Below are positions 9,285 to 19,729 of a DNA stretch of 64,000 bases, piece by piece. Within the stretch, counting starts at the first letter, position 1, and each line of letters starts with the position of its first letter. The DNA comes from a virus: positions 24,894 to 88,893 of the IMG/VR virus record IMGVR_UViG_3300045988_101307. The stretch is one strand, 5' to 3'. The position numbers and the translations under genes are program-made. The notes under the pieces are model-generated. The model searched no databases, was not told the origin of the DNA, and saw nothing but the letters and a program-made list of their open reading frames with translations.

Positions 9285-9329
9285 AATTCATATTGTTTTA
9301 TTTTAAATCTAATTAATTCATAAATGTCG

Positions 9330-9337
9330 TACTTTTG
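9330..9337 (+). promoter_or_regulatory. Bacteroidetes -7 promoter element TAnnTTTG (tacttttg).
   Basis: Exact motif 17 nt upstream of the ATG at 9355. Confidence 0.45.
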
Positions 9338-9354
9338 TTGAAAAAGTATTCTAT

Positions 9355-9582
9355 ATGGAAAATAAGGAAGATTATGTTGGTTACGAAGATCAAGAACTGT
9401 GTAACCGGTATTACAAAGAGGCTGAAGCCATGAGGCAAAAGCAGGACTGGTCTCGGCTTAGGGCTGTCCCTGCTCCGGCTAAGGGAACGCCATCGCCCGG
9501 CTGGGGTCAGCTTGGACGTGGAAATGAAGTTCGTGTCAAGTACGTTAGCATCAATTCAGGATTGGGAGGGGATAGGTTATGA
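9355..9582 (+). CDS. Hypothetical protein (75 aa).
   Basis: ORF after a promoter motif. Its stop overlaps the next start (ATGA). Confidence 0.4.
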   Translation: MENKEDYVGYEDQELCNRYYKEAEAMRQKQDWSRLRAVPAPAKGTPSPGWGQLGRGNEVRVKYVSINSGLGGDRL

Positions 9583-9794
9583 CTGTAGAAGAATTAGCTA
9601 ATAAAAGATACGGTGGCGAATTTGTTTTCATGCTCGGTCATTTGGAAGGTGTAACAAGATTCGTTTTTGAATGTTTCGATCCCAGACCTGATCACGAAGG
9701 TAAAAATACTTATATGGTTTCCTATTTCGATAAGCGTATCCGTAGAAGAGACGTAGTAGATGTGCCGTGTTATATGAATATTTTAGCAAAATAA
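9579..9794 (+). CDS. Hypothetical protein (71 aa).
   Basis: ATGA overlap with the upstream gene. Confidence 0.4.
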   Translation: MTVEELANKRYGGEFVFMLGHLEGVTRFVFECFDPRPDHEGKNTYMVSYFDKRIRRRDVVDVPCYMNILAK

Positions 9795-9814
9795 ATTAAA
9801 ATATTGTAGATATC

Positions 9815-10447
9815 GTGGTTAGAATCGCATATTTCGGAACCGATGGCTGCCCTGGTCATCACGTTATTCCAATACGAGGTAGATTCACAGAAGAGGATAT
9901 TAAGGTAATAGAATCTGTAGATTGTGATGATTTCTATAAGGTGTTTGACGTTATGCGTTTTAAGATAGCTGAGTTTAAAGGATGGACGATATTGGGAATC
10001 CCGGCAAGCTTAGACGATCATAGACCTGGAAGCAAAACCGTTATCTTCATAGAGGGTAAAGCTAACGAAGCTAATTTTATGGAAGTCATACAAGAGTATT
10101 CTTTTCTTAAAAATAAGGTAAAGAAACTTGCCGAATTGTATCATGATGGAGAATGGCTTGCGACTGGTAAATTGAATCAAGATCCGCCTACTAACAAGGA
10201 GCAGTTTCAATTTACGTTAGATAAGGATGATATTATTAACATGATTAGGGGAGTCATTTTAGATCCTTATTCTGATGTGGCGAATGAAATGGAGAAAATC
10301 GGATTGGGATCATCATCTGATTCTTCATATGATGGTCCTACATGGTCTTGGTTTATTAACAAAGTAGATATTTGGCAGAATAATGCATGGAATGGTTTTT
10401 CTGCCGAGTTCTTATGGGGTTTGTATTGTAGGATAAAGAAAGTATAA
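9815..10447 (+). CDS. Hypothetical protein (210 aa), GTG start.
   Basis: The frame opens only 5 codons upstream, and GTG is the only start candidate. Confidence 0.5.
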   Translation: MVRIAYFGTDGCPGHHVIPIRGRFTEEDIKVIESVDCDDFYKVFDVMRFKIAEFKGWTILGIPASLDDHRPGSKTVIFIEGKANEANFMEVIQEYSFLKNKVKKLAELYHDGEWLATGKLNQDPPTNKEQFQFTLDKDDIINMIRGVILDPYSDVANEMEKIGLGSSSDSSYDGPTWSWFINKVDIWQNNAWNGFSAEFLWGLYCRIKKV

Positions 10448-10467
10448 CAACTAATTTAAAACAAATC

Positions 10468-11364
10468 ATGGAATTAAAAGATTTTAAAGATGTAGTTAGA
10501 GTGATGACAAAAGAAGAGTTCGAATCAGCAATCAACGAAGATATTAAATTCGTTGAAAGATTTAAGCATTTTTTTAAACATGATGATGTTGCGAGGATAA
10601 TAGAACACGTAAAGTCAGTGTTAGAAGCATCAGTGGGCTACTGCTATCCGAATCATCCTGAAGTAGAATTTGAAAAAGATTTTAATATACAATACGATGT
10701 CAATAAGATCTTGAACAAATACGGCCACACCGAAATGGGTCTGTATAAAATACAGCTCTATGTAGAGAATATTTTGGGTAGTATTCAAAACAAGAAGCCT
10801 GTAGACATGGGAGAAGTTTCTGACGGATACCATACTTTCAATGAATTGTATCGGTACCGTATGTTGTACAACGCCGCCTTCTTTAATCTATTAGCCAGAA
10901 ACGGACAGATTGAAGTTTGCAAATCAAGAAGGCACAGCGACGGAGAAAAATGCTTCGGTTCTGATGATTGGTTTATTGTGATGGCAATGTTACCCACTGG
11001 TCAGGTGTCTAATCACTATGAAAGCAAGTACTGGGATTTGTTTGATGTTCCAGAGAGAGAAACCTCTTTCGAATATGATGGCCATACACCAAATGAAGCC
11101 GCCGACAGACTTGAACAGTATCTTAATCAAAAGAAGTCAGGTTTAACATTTGAAGAAGCTTTTAAATTTCTGAAAGATGGTAATATGATCAAAAGACGTG
11201 GATGGAAAAATGAACATCTTGATGCTTTTAGAAGAAGTGGTGTTAGCTCAATTCATGTGGAAAAGTCATTGATCATAATTATAAATGAAGAAACACGGAG
11301 GCTGACATCGTGGAACCCAAGTATAGAAGATATATCGTCAAATGATTGGGAGATTACGAAATGA
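10468..11364 (+). CDS. Hypothetical protein (298 aa).
   Basis: ORF with an ATG start. Confidence 0.55.
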   Translation: MELKDFKDVVRVMTKEEFESAINEDIKFVERFKHFFKHDDVARIIEHVKSVLEASVGYCYPNHPEVEFEKDFNIQYDVNKILNKYGHTEMGLYKIQLYVENILGSIQNKKPVDMGEVSDGYHTFNELYRYRMLYNAAFFNLLARNGQIEVCKSRRHSDGEKCFGSDDWFIVMAMLPTGQVSNHYESKYWDLFDVPERETSFEYDGHTPNEAADRLEQYLNQKKSGLTFEEAFKFLKDGNMIKRRGWKNEHLDAFRRSGVSSIHVEKSLIIIINEETRRLTSWNPSIEDISSNDWEITK

Positions 11365-11636
11365 GTTTGTTTGTGTGTTCAAAATGTGGCTGTATAGATA
11401 ATACAGCCACATCATATTACTGGGCTCTTATGAGACCTTGTAAGAATCGTATTTACGATAAGTCGCTAAAGGGATATGAAGGCAAGCCTCTTTGTTCTGA
11501 ATGTGCCGCTATTGAATATAGTAAGGGAGGCGAAGTGGTGGTAGTTCCTGGAACGTGGCATGGTAAGTTCAAGAAAGAATGGCCTACTGAAGAAGAAAAG
11601 AAGCATATTGGTAAAAACGGTATTTTAAATATGTAA
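11361..11636 (+). CDS. Zn-ribbon protein (CSKCGC ... CSEC).
   Basis: ATG at 11361 overlaps the upstream stop (ATGA). Two CxxC pairs. Confidence 0.45.
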   Translation: MSLFVCSKCGCIDNTATSYYWALMRPCKNRIYDKSLKGYEGKPLCSECAAIEYSKGGEVVVVPGTWHGKFKKEWPTEEEKKHIGKNGILNM

Positions 11637-11639
11637 ATC

Positions 11640-11945
11640 ATGTGTGATAAGGAAATTGTTGTATGCGCGGCTATATGGGTGCAGGACGACAAGAAACGTC
11701 TCTATCAGCCCACCAATATACCATCCGGAACTGTGTTCTGTGGATTGAGACACCCCTCTATACTATCTCAACTTGCGGCATACGGAATAGCTCATAAAAA
11801 CCGCAGTGTTCAAGGGTTTTTGACAAGCAAGAACCGGTTTTTAACAAGAGAGGATGCGTCTGAACTTGTTAAAAATAATAATCAGGAGATGGTGGTAGAT
11901 AGGAATGCCATTAGGGAACAATTGTATTCAGAAGATTTATATTAA
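11640..11945 (+). CDS. Hypothetical protein (101 aa).
   Basis: ORF. Confidence 0.4.
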   Translation: MCDKEIVVCAAIWVQDDKKRLYQPTNIPSGTVFCGLRHPSILSQLAAYGIAHKNRSVQGFLTSKNRFLTREDASELVKNNNQEMVVDRNAIREQLYSEDLY

Positions 11946-11965
11946 CAACTAAAAAACAAAATAAT

Positions 11966-12316
11966 ATGGGATTTATAATCAAAAAGTCAATCACTTATAA
12001 TATGATGGACGGAAATCAGTTAGAGTATGTATTTGACAACATTAATTTAGATCATATCACATTTAAAGGTAATGGTAAAGAACCTTTTTCATTTAACAGA
12101 GCCCTTGTTGAAAATTTAATTGAGACATTTGAAACTATGCATGATATATATTCCGATAATTGCAAGCTTAAGGTTTATACTGGTAATTGCATAATTCAAT
12201 TGAGCGCAGATTCAAAGGACTTAAGTGAATCCTTTTTTGACGTATATGATAGAGATGAGATGAAAATGATATATACTATACACAATAGTATCTTGAAAGA
12301 AATGCTTATCATATGA
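11966..12316 (+). CDS. Hypothetical protein (116 aa).
   Basis: ORF. Confidence 0.45.
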   Translation: MGFIIKKSITYNMMDGNQLEYVFDNINLDHITFKGNGKEPFSFNRALVENLIETFETMHDIYSDNCKLKVYTGNCIIQLSADSKDLSESFFDVYDRDEMKMIYTIHNSILKEMLII

Positions 12317-12630
12317 TTACTAAACAAGATATACAAGTAGCAGCATCGTATATTTTCCGAAGCAGTTTTGTCTCGGAGGACCAGGCAAGGAAAGCAATGG
12401 TAAAAGCCGGCAATAACGCTACCAAGATCCTCGTCAAGACCTTTAGAGGCAAGTTGTTCAAGAAAGCTTTTGAAAGAGCCCGTAGAGGAAAGGATATCAG
12501 TTTTTTTGAAAGACAGGAAAAAGAAAGTGGTTTCAATTTTCTACATAATCCTAATAATGGTCGTATGCAAAGCGGTCATATTATAATAGATGGAATTGGT
12601 CTGTTTAAACAAATAATTCATGAAAGGTAA
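12313..12630 (+). CDS. Basic hypothetical protein (105 aa).
   Basis: ATGA overlap with the upstream gene. Lys/Arg-rich. Confidence 0.4.
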   Translation: MITKQDIQVAASYIFRSSFVSEDQARKAMVKAGNNATKILVKTFRGKLFKKAFERARRGKDISFFERQEKESGFNFLHNPNNGRMQSGHIIIDGIGLFKQIIHER

Positions 12631-12797
12631 AAAAAGTTGATATTCGTTTAGGCAGAGGTCTGGCGAATCAGATTAAGATAAACAAAACCATCCCAGTGTC
12701 TCATAAACCAAAAGAAGAACGTCGAATGATGTTTGTTTGTGGTGATGATATTGCTTCTCTTATAAAGCGGTTTGAAAATGAATCAAAGTAATATAAA

Positions 12798-12827
12798 GTC
12801 GGACATGTGTCTTGTCCGACTTTTTTT
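12798..12827 (+). terminator. Rho-independent terminator (gtcggaca/tgtccgac, 7-nt loop, T7).
   Basis: Perfect 8-bp stem followed by TTTTTTT. It lies inside the ORF-track start of the next ORF, which argues for the later ATG at 12841. Confidence 0.7.
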
Positions 12828-12840
12828 ATATATTTGTGGC

Positions 12841-13164
12841 ATGGCAAGAGGTTATTATTGGATACCACAAACAGATGAAACGTTAAATGGCAGAAGCTAT
12901 TACGTGGCTAAGATAGTAGGAGATATCACGTTTGATACTAAACGAAAAAGAATCGTATTTCAAGCTGATAGGTATTTCCCTGTAGGATCTGTTTTCCATT
13001 TTACGCACAATTGCTTCAATTATATCATAACTTGCCGACTTCGTAAGCCGGGGCTTTGGTTTGAAGCCAGGAGAGAGGATTCGGGCCCTATTTGCCCTGA
13101 AGATATTGAGCGCTTTGAATCGGGAAGGTTTATACACCGAGATGGGTACATGCATTACATATAA
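12841..13164 (+). CDS. Hypothetical protein (about 107 aa), start moved downstream of the terminator.
   Basis: ORF track gives 12772-13164, but 12798-12827 is a strong terminator. The in-frame ATG at 12841 is used instead. Confidence 0.4.
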   Translation: MARGYYWIPQTDETLNGRSYYVAKIVGDITFDTKRKRIVFQADRYFPVGSVFHFTHNCFNYIITCRLRKPGLWFEARREDSGPICPEDIERFESGRFIHRDGYMHYI

Positions 13165-13216
13165 GCTGAACTTGACGATTTTTCGTCAGATTATAATTTT
13201 TTTTCATATCATTTTT

Positions 13217-13256
13217 AAGCCATCAGACTGAGAAGTTAGATGGCTTTATTTTTTAT
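13217..13256 (+). terminator. Rho-independent terminator (aagccatc/gatggctt stem plus T-run).
   Basis: 8-bp perfect stem with a 14-nt loop followed by tattttttat. Confidence 0.65.
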
Positions 13257-13275
13257 GATATGCTTGATTTTTAAC

Positions 13276-13283
13276 TACCTTTG
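13276..13283 (+). promoter_or_regulatory. Bacteroidetes -7 promoter element TAnnTTTG (tacctttg) driving the giant gene.
   Basis: Exact motif 23 nt upstream of the ATG at 13307. Confidence 0.5.
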
Positions 13284-13306
13284 TCTCATAACAAAAATGT
13301 TTTATC

Positions 13307-16300
13307 ATGGTATCAACGTGTATTATTAAAAGAGATAATAAAAAGAAAGTTGTTTCTGTCTCTACCAGATCAGGGGACAGGTCTATGTTGTTTGATAAGA
13401 TAGCATCTATTCCTCTTATGGAGAACAGGGAACGGGCTACTACTGTTTTTAAAACCGTATTTTCCAACAAGTTCTTAAAGGCTTTTGGCGACTGGAGAAA
13501 GAGAGTGCCTATCAACAAACAGGCTTATAATAAGGTAAAATCCAACATCGATCTTATCCCAGAAGCCTACAGAGAAAGGGTGCTGGATAAGGCTTCTAAG
13601 ATGAGTAACCCTGTTCTTGTGTCAAAATCAGATGCACCTTATGAAATCCGAGAATCGGGCTTTGGATTTTACAGCCAAGATCTGGGTGATAATATTATGT
13701 TGGTAGATGCTATGGTCCCGTCAAGTATTTCCGTACCGGAAGGACCTGGAATAGACGCCGGGCAGTATTTACAAGATGCTATATCTTCGGACTTCACTCC
13801 CGTATCTATGGTACAGGATAAGGGTGTTAATTATATGGTTATAAAAGACGGTCTTAAGATATTTAGCCCAGAAGAGTTACCACAGACAGATTCTAATCCT
13901 GTGGGTGTAACGTATCAGACCGGAGAGCCTCGTTTGTTTTTCATGAACGATCGTAATCAATTATTTGAAGATTACGGAGAAGCTCTTCGCTCTGGCGGGA
14001 ATGATATTAGAATAGGATTCTTATCAGGCACCGTTCAAGAATCTGCCTGGGATGGCGTGGCAGACATTACTTACAAAGCTGGAAGGTATGTTCTTAATAA
14101 TCCCAAATCTTTTATACCGGTCATGACCGCTTCTGCTTCTACTTCTTTATCAACAAAAGGTGGTATAATTAACTACCTTATAAAGAAAGGTCTTTTGTCC
14201 GGATCTAAGATATTCGATCCTGAAACAAGAAGCTATTATCTTACAGGAGAAGGTCATACAGGACAAATTAGACTTTTCAATTCAGCCTTATCCTACACCG
14301 AGCTCCGTAATCATTTTGGTTCAGATGTTTCCATGAACGACCAAGGTATGATAACCATAAGCTCGTTGGATAATAGTAAGGTAACTATGAGGCTCGCCAC
14401 CGGAGGAACGGAAAGGGTTAGCAAAGAGCAGATAAAGAACGATCTAAAGTCAGGAAGATACAATGAATTGGACGCCAAGTACGATCATTTTGATGCGCTT
14501 GTAGTTTCATTCATATTAGAAGACAACGATCTTTATGCTGATACTAAAGCTAAGATCGTATCAGATTATAGCAGGCAGGAACGTGATCAACGAAATTCTA
14601 TTGTCGAGATACTGAAAACGTTGGGCGTTAGTGTCATAGGTATGACCGATTATATAGAGAAGTATCAAACCAAATACGGGCACGAACCTTCTGCTAAGGC
14701 ATTGGCGGATATTGCCAATAACGTAATAGCAGTTGGTGAAGATGCTACTTTATCTGATTTAGTAGAAGAAACAGCCCACTTCCTTGTAGAGGCATACAGA
14801 GATCAGAATGCTGTTGAAGCTGTTCTGCAAGATGTAGAAGGCACAGAAGAGTGGAACCAGTATGCAGGTCAGTATTATAATACATACGGTAAAGTATATG
14901 AAGGAGCCGAGCTTGATAATGCTGTTAGGAGGGAAATTCTTGGAAAGATCCTCGCCAGGGAGATGCAGACCGGCACAGCACAGGCGCCGGTAGAGCCCAC
15001 CTCCTTCCTGGGGCGCGTCCGGCAGCTTCTCTCTGGAATAGTAAGCTGGCTTAAATCAGCTTTATCTACTCAAAGACAAGATTTGAATAACGTTATTAAA
15101 AACATTCGTGATCTTGCCATTACTGACATAGATAAAGGATTTGACACTTCTCTGTTAAAGGATAATGACTTTACATTATACTCCCTTTCTTCTATGAACA
15201 AGAACAAGTTTCTTGAGTCTAAGATCAGATCGCTAAGAAAAACATTAAGAGACTTACGTCAGATAAGCTCTGATAGGGCTGTAACTACGTCTATGACCCT
15301 TGCTCAGCTTAAGACCATAGAAGATAAGATAAATAAAGTAGAGACCGAGATAGACAAGAATGAGATGGCGGCTGCCATGAACAGCATGATCTCCACAGCC
15401 GAAGCTCAGGTCAGATACTTAAGCAATGTGGTGAACACCATCCTTCATGGTGATACCAAAGACGGTAAGCTTCACTTCAATACCAATGATCGAAAGAACG
15501 TCGATATTATCAACAATCAGGTTCTTCCGATCATGAACGATCTTCGAGGATATATCCGTAACAGAAGTACCGAATTTGATGAACGTGAAAAGCAGGATTA
15601 TACAAATAGGATCAATACCGTCATTGCCGACATCAATGGTATTCAGTCTGATATTAAATCAGTACAAGACCTTGATGAAAGTACGTTGCTTGATAAGTTA
15701 ATGAACGAACTTCATGTGCCGGCAGATAAGGTAAAGAGAGTAAAAGAATTTTTCGACAAGGTTCAACACGATGTTTCTTGGATAAGTAGGTGGTTTGGTA
15801 TATTAGAGCATTCTTCCAGTCCGTTCAATAACGCTCTTGGAGCTATGATTGCCAAAGACAATTACAATGCGATGGTGAATGCCCAGCCCGCCATATCCGA
15901 CTTCCTGGCATATGCTAAAAAGCATGGTTTTAACAAATATGAATTTGAAAAACTGCTTCAGAAAGTAGACGGCAAAACTTCTAATTACCTTCGTAGTGCT
16001 CTTGATATGGCTAAATACGATCGTAATAAGAAGCTGGCGCAGATGCGAGCGTTTGCGACTGCCATGAACATAGAGATATCAGAAGAAGAAATCAATGATG
16101 TGGTTGACAATAACCGTAATTACGTATTTAAAAGAGAAGTAGTTGACAAGGATGGAAATACGGTTACTGAAAACGCTAAATTCAAACCATCGTCTGATAG
16201 AGTTAATACCGATATTTTTACCATCGAGCAGGAAAAGATCTATACGGAACAGATGGAAAAGTGGGATGCTGAAAATTCGGAACTGGAATTTAGCGAAAGT

Positions 16301-19300
16301 TATGCCACAAGAATGGAATCCATATACAAAAAGGCTGAAGAAGAATTAGGGTATCCGGTTTCTCAAACAACCAAAGAATACCTTAATGCCCTATCCCGGC
16401 AAAAACAGATATTGAGGCAGCCTTTTATTGATAGCGGTGGTAATTTTGATGAGGTTGCCTATTTTAAAAGCAGCAATTACGAAGAAGAAGGACTGCTTCG
16501 TAAACAACGTAAGGAAGCAGCTTCAGAATACATATATGTAGGAACCAGGAGAGTGGAAAAAACCGGCGACCAACTTAAGATGGCCAAAGAAATACAAGCT
16601 ATAAATGAAGTTTGGAGAAAGGAATCAAATAATGCCACTAATGCCGTATCAGAATCGTTTTTGCAAAAATTAAGAACGATTCAGAGCGAGTCTGGAGGAG
16701 AAGCTGCGCTGAAGACACTTATGTTGGGAGGTCACCTGTCATTCAACGATCGGTTTTGGAATGATGTAGAATCAGAACAGTCGGCACGTACCGAATCAAA
16801 TAACAAGGCTTCGTATCTTAAAATGGCGCATGATATCATTAGTTCTACGACAAGTGATAGAGATGCGACTGACGTGGATTCTATTGTGAAAGATATAGAA
16901 AAAAATAAGGCTATTATCAAGGAAATAATCGGAAACAATCGCGATGTGGCTGATATCGGAGAGATTAACGAAGCGACATTTACCTCATCTGAAAGAGATG
17001 CTTTTAGGGCTGCATCTGAAGCTATTGAAGCCGATTACGCTATCTTAATAGATTATGCTAAGATGGTGGGTCTTGAAGATATTGATAAGTACCTTACTAA
17101 AAGCAGTAAGGCTGAAAACGAAGTAAATCAGTCTTATTTAAATGCTCTTGCTGACTCCAAGGAAGTGGAATGGAAGTTCGTACAACGTCATACTACGGCG
17201 AAGAAAGCAAAAAGGATTCAGGCTTTAAGGGATAAGCTGTTTAAGGCTGCTGATAACCGATATCTGTTTACCGTATCTGAAACCAACTACCTGTCAGAAA
17301 AGCTTGGTATAAGCAAAGAATTAGACGGTAGAGATTTCAGGAATGCTGTTAATGCTAAGATGGCCAGCTTATTTTTAAATAATACAAGAGAAGAGGGCGT
17401 AGAAGAAGCTAATGCTATTGTTAATGAATTTGCCAGAAGCCAGGTTTTTTCGTACTATAAACGCATGGCGCCTACCGGATATGCAGCTATGATCGACAAA
17501 ATCGGTCGAGGTGAGATAGATGTGGCGCAAATGGTTAAGGACGTACAAAACGGTACATCCACCCAAGATTATGGCATGGACATATCGTACTTGTCTTTCG
17601 ACCCTGTAAGGGCATTGGTGGCTGAATCTGAAGCCGAAAATAGCGGTCGTAATCCTGATTATGTAAAAGATCATGGGTATGGTCATCGAATGCCTAAGAA
17701 AAGCCTGTATCGTGACGAATCGTATTTCAATGACTTTGGTATCAAGTATGATGCTGACGGTAATGAGGTTGCTACTAAAAACGTAGAGCAGTGGAATATG
17801 ATTCAAAAACTCAAGGAAATAAAAAGACAATCCCTTGATCTATACAAAGAGCAGAGCCCGAACCTGTATGCTATTCCACAGATATCCAAACAAGATATAG
17901 AACGTGTAGAAGGATTGGGTATTAACTTCAAAAATACGGTTCGTAATTTTGTATCAGATCTGTGCCTGGACAGAGTAGACGATTCTCTATATGGTAAGAC
18001 CAGGCAAGGAGAAGTGTATGATCCAGAAGACAGGCTTAGGTCTATACCTAAATACTACATATATGAATTGGAGAACCAAGATGATGTATCTCACGATTTT
18101 GGCTACTCTTATTCGATGCTTATGATGCAGTCATCGTTATACAACGAAAAGCAGAAGTCTATAGAGCTCGCTCAAGGACTGGAGCAGATGTTACTAAATA
18201 AACAATTTGAAGGTGGTAAAAAGGCTGAAGCAACCCAAGCATATCAGATGTTCAGGGACTTCTTCAATGACCATTATTATGGCATTAGAATGAACACCAA
18301 AAAACTGACGGTAAACATCGGTGGATACACAGTAGACCTTACCAGGATAATGATGGCCGTTGAAAGATTTATGTCGGTCATGAACCTGGCGCTGTCCCCG
18401 TTTGTGGCAGCTACCGGCGCCCTGACAGGTCATATCAACCTCATCATGGAATCTGCCGTAGGACAGTATATAAGCAAAGACTCCCTTAAATACGCATCGG
18501 CTGAATTTTCACGCCTTGCTCCATCTTGTATAGCAGAAACCGGAGACATAGATAGGAAAAGCAAATTATATGTCATAGGTGAGAGAATGGGGATATTCAA
18601 TATCCGAAATCGTATGTATGGTGCCGGATATAATAGAGTGGCCAGGACCTTAATGCGTTCGCCTATGTATGCTTTTATGGAAATCCTGAACTACCCTCTT
18701 GATCCGCAGGTTATGATTGCTACTATGGACAATGTTCGTTATTACAAAGGCCGGTTCTATACGTTCCAAGATTTCAAGATGGAAAAAGAACGCAATAAAG
18801 AACAGAGTACCATAAAAAGAGAATGGGATGCATTAAAAGATCGCACTTTATGGAGTATGGTAGACGTCGTGGATGGAAAGGTGGTTGTAAAGCCGGGATC
18901 GGGTGTTACTGTTGAGGAAGTTGAAACCCAGATGGCTATAACCAGGAATCAAGTCCGTAGCTTGTCGCAGATATGTAACGGATCTTTGAATGAAGAAAAC
19001 CGAACTGCCGCATCGCGCAACTGGATAGCCAGGTTCATGACCGCCCACCGAGGCTGGCTGGTGCTGGCAGCTCAACGCCTGTGGAAAAGACGTGGCTTCA
19101 ATTTCCAAACAATGCAAGAAGAGGAAGGACTGTCAATTACGTTAAAGAATATGATAGCCAAAACATTTAGCTTAGCTTCCGAGTCTGGTATGAAAAACAT
19201 CATAGATGCCTGGAACGAAAATAAAGATAATATGAATGAGGTAGAGAAAACCAATATAAAACGTCTCAGTGTCTATGCCGGCACGTTCCTTATCATGCAA

Positions 19301-19729
19301 GCCGTATCTATGCTTCTTGCCGGATGGCGTGATGATGATGAAAACGAGGAAAGTTGGCTTACTCAATTCGGATCCTACGTCGGATTCAGAACCATAAATG
19401 AAATAGCTTCACAGATGCCGTTTATTATGGAGCTTAATGTGGTAGATATCATTAACGACCCGTTTGTTATGGGACGGAAACTTAAGGATCTTACCGATCT
19501 TAGGAACTACTCACTTGATAAGGTGACGTCCGGTACATACAAAGGAGAGTCTAAGTTATTTAGGCAACTCGCCAAACAGACGTTTATCAAACAATGGTAT
19601 AATATCAAGACGCCGGAAGACGTAGCGCGCGCCTATAATTGGTGGCAGCAGACGAACAACAAGTCAATGATGTTCTTCATCGGCGCCACTCCTGATTCGG
19701 AAGGAGACGATGATGTTAGTTACAAATAG
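13307..19729 (+). CDS. Giant protein (2140 aa), predominantly alpha-helical and Lys/Glu/Asp-rich. Candidate virion-internal, ejection or tape-measure-class protein. No RNAP DxDGD motif and no Walker motifs were seen.
   Basis: Single uninterrupted 6.4-kb ORF with its own promoter and terminator. All antisense ORFs inside it are short. Confidence 0.85.
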   Translation: MVSTCIIKRDNKKKVVSVSTRSGDRSMLFDKIASIPLMENRERATTVFKTVFSNKFLKAFGDWRKRVPINKQAYNKVKSNIDLIPEAYRERVLDKASKMSNPVLVSKSDAPYEIRESGFGFYSQDLGDNIMLVDAMVPSSISVPEGPGIDAGQYLQDAISSDFTPVSMVQDKGVNYMVIKDGLKIFSPEELPQTDSNPVGVTYQTGEPRLFFMNDRNQLFEDYGEALRSGGNDIRIGFLSGTVQESAWDGVADITYKAGRYVLNNPKSFIPVMTASASTSLSTKGGIINYLIKKGLLSGSKIFDPETRSYYLTGEGHTGQIRLFNSALSYTELRNHFGSDVSMNDQGMITISSLDNSKVTMRLATGGTERVSKEQIKNDLKSGRYNELDAKYDHFDALVVSFILEDNDLYADTKAKIVSDYSRQERDQRNSIVEILKTLGVSVIGMTDYIEKYQTKYGHEPSAKALADIANNVIAVGEDATLSDLVEETAHFLVEAYRDQNAVEAVLQDVEGTEEWNQYAGQYYNTYGKVYEGAELDNAVRREILGKILAREMQTGTAQAPVEPTSFLGRVRQLLSGIVSWLKSALSTQRQDLNNVIKNIRDLAITDIDKGFDTSLLKDNDFTLYSLSSMNKNKFLESKIRSLRKTLRDLRQISSDRAVTTSMTLAQLKTIEDKINKVETEIDKNEMAAAMNSMISTAEAQVRYLSNVVNTILHGDTKDGKLHFNTNDRKNVDIINNQVLPIMNDLRGYIRNRSTEFDEREKQDYTNRINTVIADINGIQSDIKSVQDLDESTLLDKLMNELHVPADKVKRVKEFFDKVQHDVSWISRWFGILEHSSSPFNNALGAMIAKDNYNAMVNAQPAISDFLAYAKKHGFNKYEFEKLLQKVDGKTSNYLRSALDMAKYDRNKKLAQMRAFATAMNIEISEEEINDVVDNNRNYVFKREVVDKDGNTVTENAKFKPSSDRVNTDIFTIEQEKIYTEQMEKWDAENSELEFSESYATRMESIYKKAEEELGYPVSQTTKEYLNALSRQKQILRQPFIDSGGNFDEVAYFKSSNYEEEGLLRKQRKEAASEYIYVGTRRVEKTGDQLKMAKEIQAINEVWRKESNNATNAVSESFLQKLRTIQSESGGEAALKTLMLGGHLSFNDRFWNDVESEQSARTESNNKASYLKMAHDIISSTTSDRDATDVDSIVKDIEKNKAIIKEIIGNNRDVADIGEINEATFTSSERDAFRAASEAIEADYAILIDYAKMVGLEDIDKYLTKSSKAENEVNQSYLNALADSKEVEWKFVQRHTTAKKAKRIQALRDKLFKAADNRYLFTVSETNYLSEKLGISKELDGRDFRNAVNAKMASLFLNNTREEGVEEANAIVNEFARSQVFSYYKRMAPTGYAAMIDKIGRGEIDVAQMVKDVQNGTSTQDYGMDISYLSFDPVRALVAESEAENSGRNPDYVKDHGYGHRMPKKSLYRDESYFNDFGIKYDADGNEVATKNVEQWNMIQKLKEIKRQSLDLYKEQSPNLYAIPQISKQDIERVEGLGINFKNTVRNFVSDLCLDRVDDSLYGKTRQGEVYDPEDRLRSIPKYYIYELENQDDVSHDFGYSYSMLMMQSSLYNEKQKSIELAQGLEQMLLNKQFEGGKKAEATQAYQMFRDFFNDHYYGIRMNTKKLTVNIGGYTVDLTRIMMAVERFMSVMNLALSPFVAATGALTGHINLIMESAVGQYISKDSLKYASAEFSRLAPSCIAETGDIDRKSKLYVIGERMGIFNIRNRMYGAGYNRVARTLMRSPMYAFMEILNYPLDPQVMIATMDNVRYYKGRFYTFQDFKMEKERNKEQSTIKREWDALKDRTLWSMVDVVDGKVVVKPGSGVTVEEVETQMAITRNQVRSLSQICNGSLNEENRTAASRNWIARFMTAHRGWLVLAAQRLWKRRGFNFQTMQEEEGLSITLKNMIAKTFSLASESGMKNIIDAWNENKDNMNEVEKTNIKRLSVYAGTFLIMQAVSMLLAGWRDDDENEESWLTQFGSYVGFRTINEIASQMPFIMELNVVDIINDPFVMGRKLKDLTDLRNYSLDKVTSGTYKGESKLFRQLAKQTFIKQWYNIKTPEDVARAYNWWQQTNNKSMMFFIGATPDSEGDDDVSYK

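Noticed and set aside
12772-12840. Upstream start codon of ORF 12772-13164.
   Set aside because: The first 20 codons encode exactly the terminator hairpin plus T7 (LVRLFLYI). The true start is more plausibly ATG 12841.
13307-19729. Giant protein as a crAss-like virion RNA polymerase.
   Set aside because: No DxDGD / double-psi beta-barrel metal-binding motifs were found by eye. Left as function unknown.
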